From contig NMRA01000111.1 in assembly GCA_002633005.1 (NCBI GenBank), positions 809,191 to 873,190 on the forward strand: DNA of 64,000 bases, given 5' to 3'. Under the pieces are notes generated by a model. That model made no database searches. It saw only the letters and a list, made by a program, of their open reading frames with translations, and had not been told where the DNA came from. A program made the position numbers and the translations under genes. This stretch comes from Phoronis australis. Taxonomy: Eukaryota > Animalia > Phoronida. This document shows positions 62,201-64,000 of this stretch, in pieces; the first letter of the stretch is position 1; each line of letters begins with the position of its first letter.

Positions 62201-62869
62201 CACGGTAATGGGTTCGAGTTATGCCGCACGTCTCAAATGAATCATAGCGGAGCTGACCAGCGACTAGCATTAGTTCGTGAAATTGCGCATGAATCATAGC
62301 AGAGCTCACCAGCGACTAGCATTAGTTCGTCGAATTGCGTATGCATGGATCAAACTTCCCTGCGACGCCACGACACCCGGGCCACCGTGGCGGGAGCAAC
62401 TAATTCACAGGGTCTTGGTGACTAACACCTGCTGGATTCAAGCAAAATGACGAAGTCCACGCATACACAAATGCAAGCGTATCCAAATACAATTAAATGT
62501 ATTTCCATGTGAAACCATTCAATGTCCTTTGAACATTGAGTTGTGTGAGTTTTTAATTTTGTTAAATCTGCCCAATCAGGTAGAACTGTGTTTCAAGTCA
62601 TTCACTATAGGCAACTGAGGGTTCAAATGGAAGCTCGCGTCGTATGACGTCATATGACGTAGGAGATGCGAGCCTCATTTGCATATATTAGTGACATCTG
62701 TTGGTTCAAAAAAGAGGATCATGCCCGAGTACATGCCTGGGAAGAGGCATCTTTTGGAAGGGTAAAAGAAGTTATGTTCAAAGCATCCTAGTGCCATTAA
62801 TATGCAGTCTTTGGGGACCAAAGTGGTGATGCGCTAAAACAGTTGTCCCTTCCGGGTTATCTCTTCCTG
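59297..62869 (-). mobile_element. P-superfamily DNA transposon copy B, both ends present, internally deleted, 7-bp TSD ATAATAT
   Basis: 29-bp terminal inverted repeats with CA..TG ends; ATAATAT at 59290-59296 and 62870-62876; 61358-62869 is the reverse complement of copy A 55907-57460. Confidence 0.8.
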
Positions 62870-62976
62870 ATAATATTCATCGTTTTCATATCCTTGTTAG
62901 ATGCAGTGCCTCGCACTTCGTCTGCCATTTGCCGAACCAATGTGAAAAGGCTTCCGATGCCACTATTACATACAAT

Positions 62977-64000
62977 CAGGAAGGGACAACTGTTTTAGCG
63001 CATTTTAACGGATATTCAAAGGTGATTTCAAAAGTAAATGTTAAAGTCGTTTGGAATCCAAGCATTGTGTTGGAAAGCTTAACTCTTTAGCTATAAAAGG
63101 ACACCCCTTTGGTCCCCAAAGACTGCATATTAATGGCACTAGGATGCTTTGAACATGACTTGTTTTACCCTTAAAAAGATGCCTCTTCCCAGGCATGTAA
63201 TGATCCTCTTTTTTGAACCAACAGATGTCACTTATATATGAAAATGAGGCTCGCATCTCCCACGTTATATGACGTCATACGATGTCATACGACGCGAACT
63301 TCAACCCTCCGGTGCCTATAGTGAATGACTTGAAACGCAGTTCTACCTGATTGGGCAGATCTAAGAAAATTAAGAACTCACATAAGTCAATGTTCAAAGA
63401 ACATTGACTCGTGAGAACATTGAATGGTTTCACATGAAAATAAATTTAATTGTATTTGGTACGCTTGCATATGTGGCATTTAGCTTAAATCCAGATTTAG
63501 AAGCAGGAGTTAGAAATTAGCTGCTCCCGCCACGGTGGCAGGTGTCGTGGGGTCCGAGTCGCCGGGAAGTCCGATCCATGCACGCGCAGTTCGATGAACT
63601 AATGCTAGTCGCTGGTCAGCTCCGCTATGATTCATGCGCAATTCGACGAACTAATGCTAGTCGCTGGTCAGCTCCGCTATGATTCATTTGAGACGTGCGG
63701 CTTAACTCGAACCTATACCCGTGTTCTGGCTCCAAGGTCGTTTTGTTTGACCCAGTTTCGGGAAAAGTTTATTTTAATGCGGTCATTTCCTGAAGATTTG
63801 AAAGATATGATCCCGAAATCCTTGGCCTATAGAGCTGTATCAAAATTCATTGTTGAAACACAGCCACTCACTCTGGTCCAGCTTCTGCCGCCGGGCGGCT
63901 GGGGAAAACTATGCTATGGAACGCGTGTCCCAAAAATGCACACACTTCAACTCCTGCAGTTCAAGTTCTTTTCCCGTCAATCACTGAGCGCGGATTCTAC
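62977..64000 (+). mobile_element. P-superfamily transposon, second version of copy A, running off the window
   Basis: Same ATACAAT flank and same preceding LINE sequence as 55907; near-identical to 55907-56910. Confidence 0.75.

Overview
AT-rich, intron-rich animal genomic DNA; the repeat types suggest a lophotrochozoan or other marine invertebrate (inference). Four protein-coding genes were rebuilt by hand from splice sites and translation. (1) USO1/p115, minus strand, 845-23437, with 20 visible exons. At least one exon is lost in an assembly gap (N12926), and one intron is U12-type. (2) A divergent three-exon ELOVL fatty-acid elongase on the plus strand (about 23877-28852), head-to-head with USO1. 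(3) An intronless ELOVL6-like elongase on the minus strand (38597-39412). (4) TXNDC15, plus strand, four exons (45588-52676). Introns and intergenic DNA hold MITEs, LINE and Penelope remnants, a THAP-bearing P-superfamily transposon, and a HINE/pearl-like element whose internal repeats form arrays of CTCF-like motifs. The most unusual signal is a 16 x 72-bp stop-free array built from a USO1 exon end plus its 5' splice site, giving 16 in-frame competing donors. An older, decayed amplification of the same kind follows another USO1 exon. Two large duplications abut N gaps and are probably uncollapsed alleles. No CRISPR array, rRNA or tRNA gene was found.
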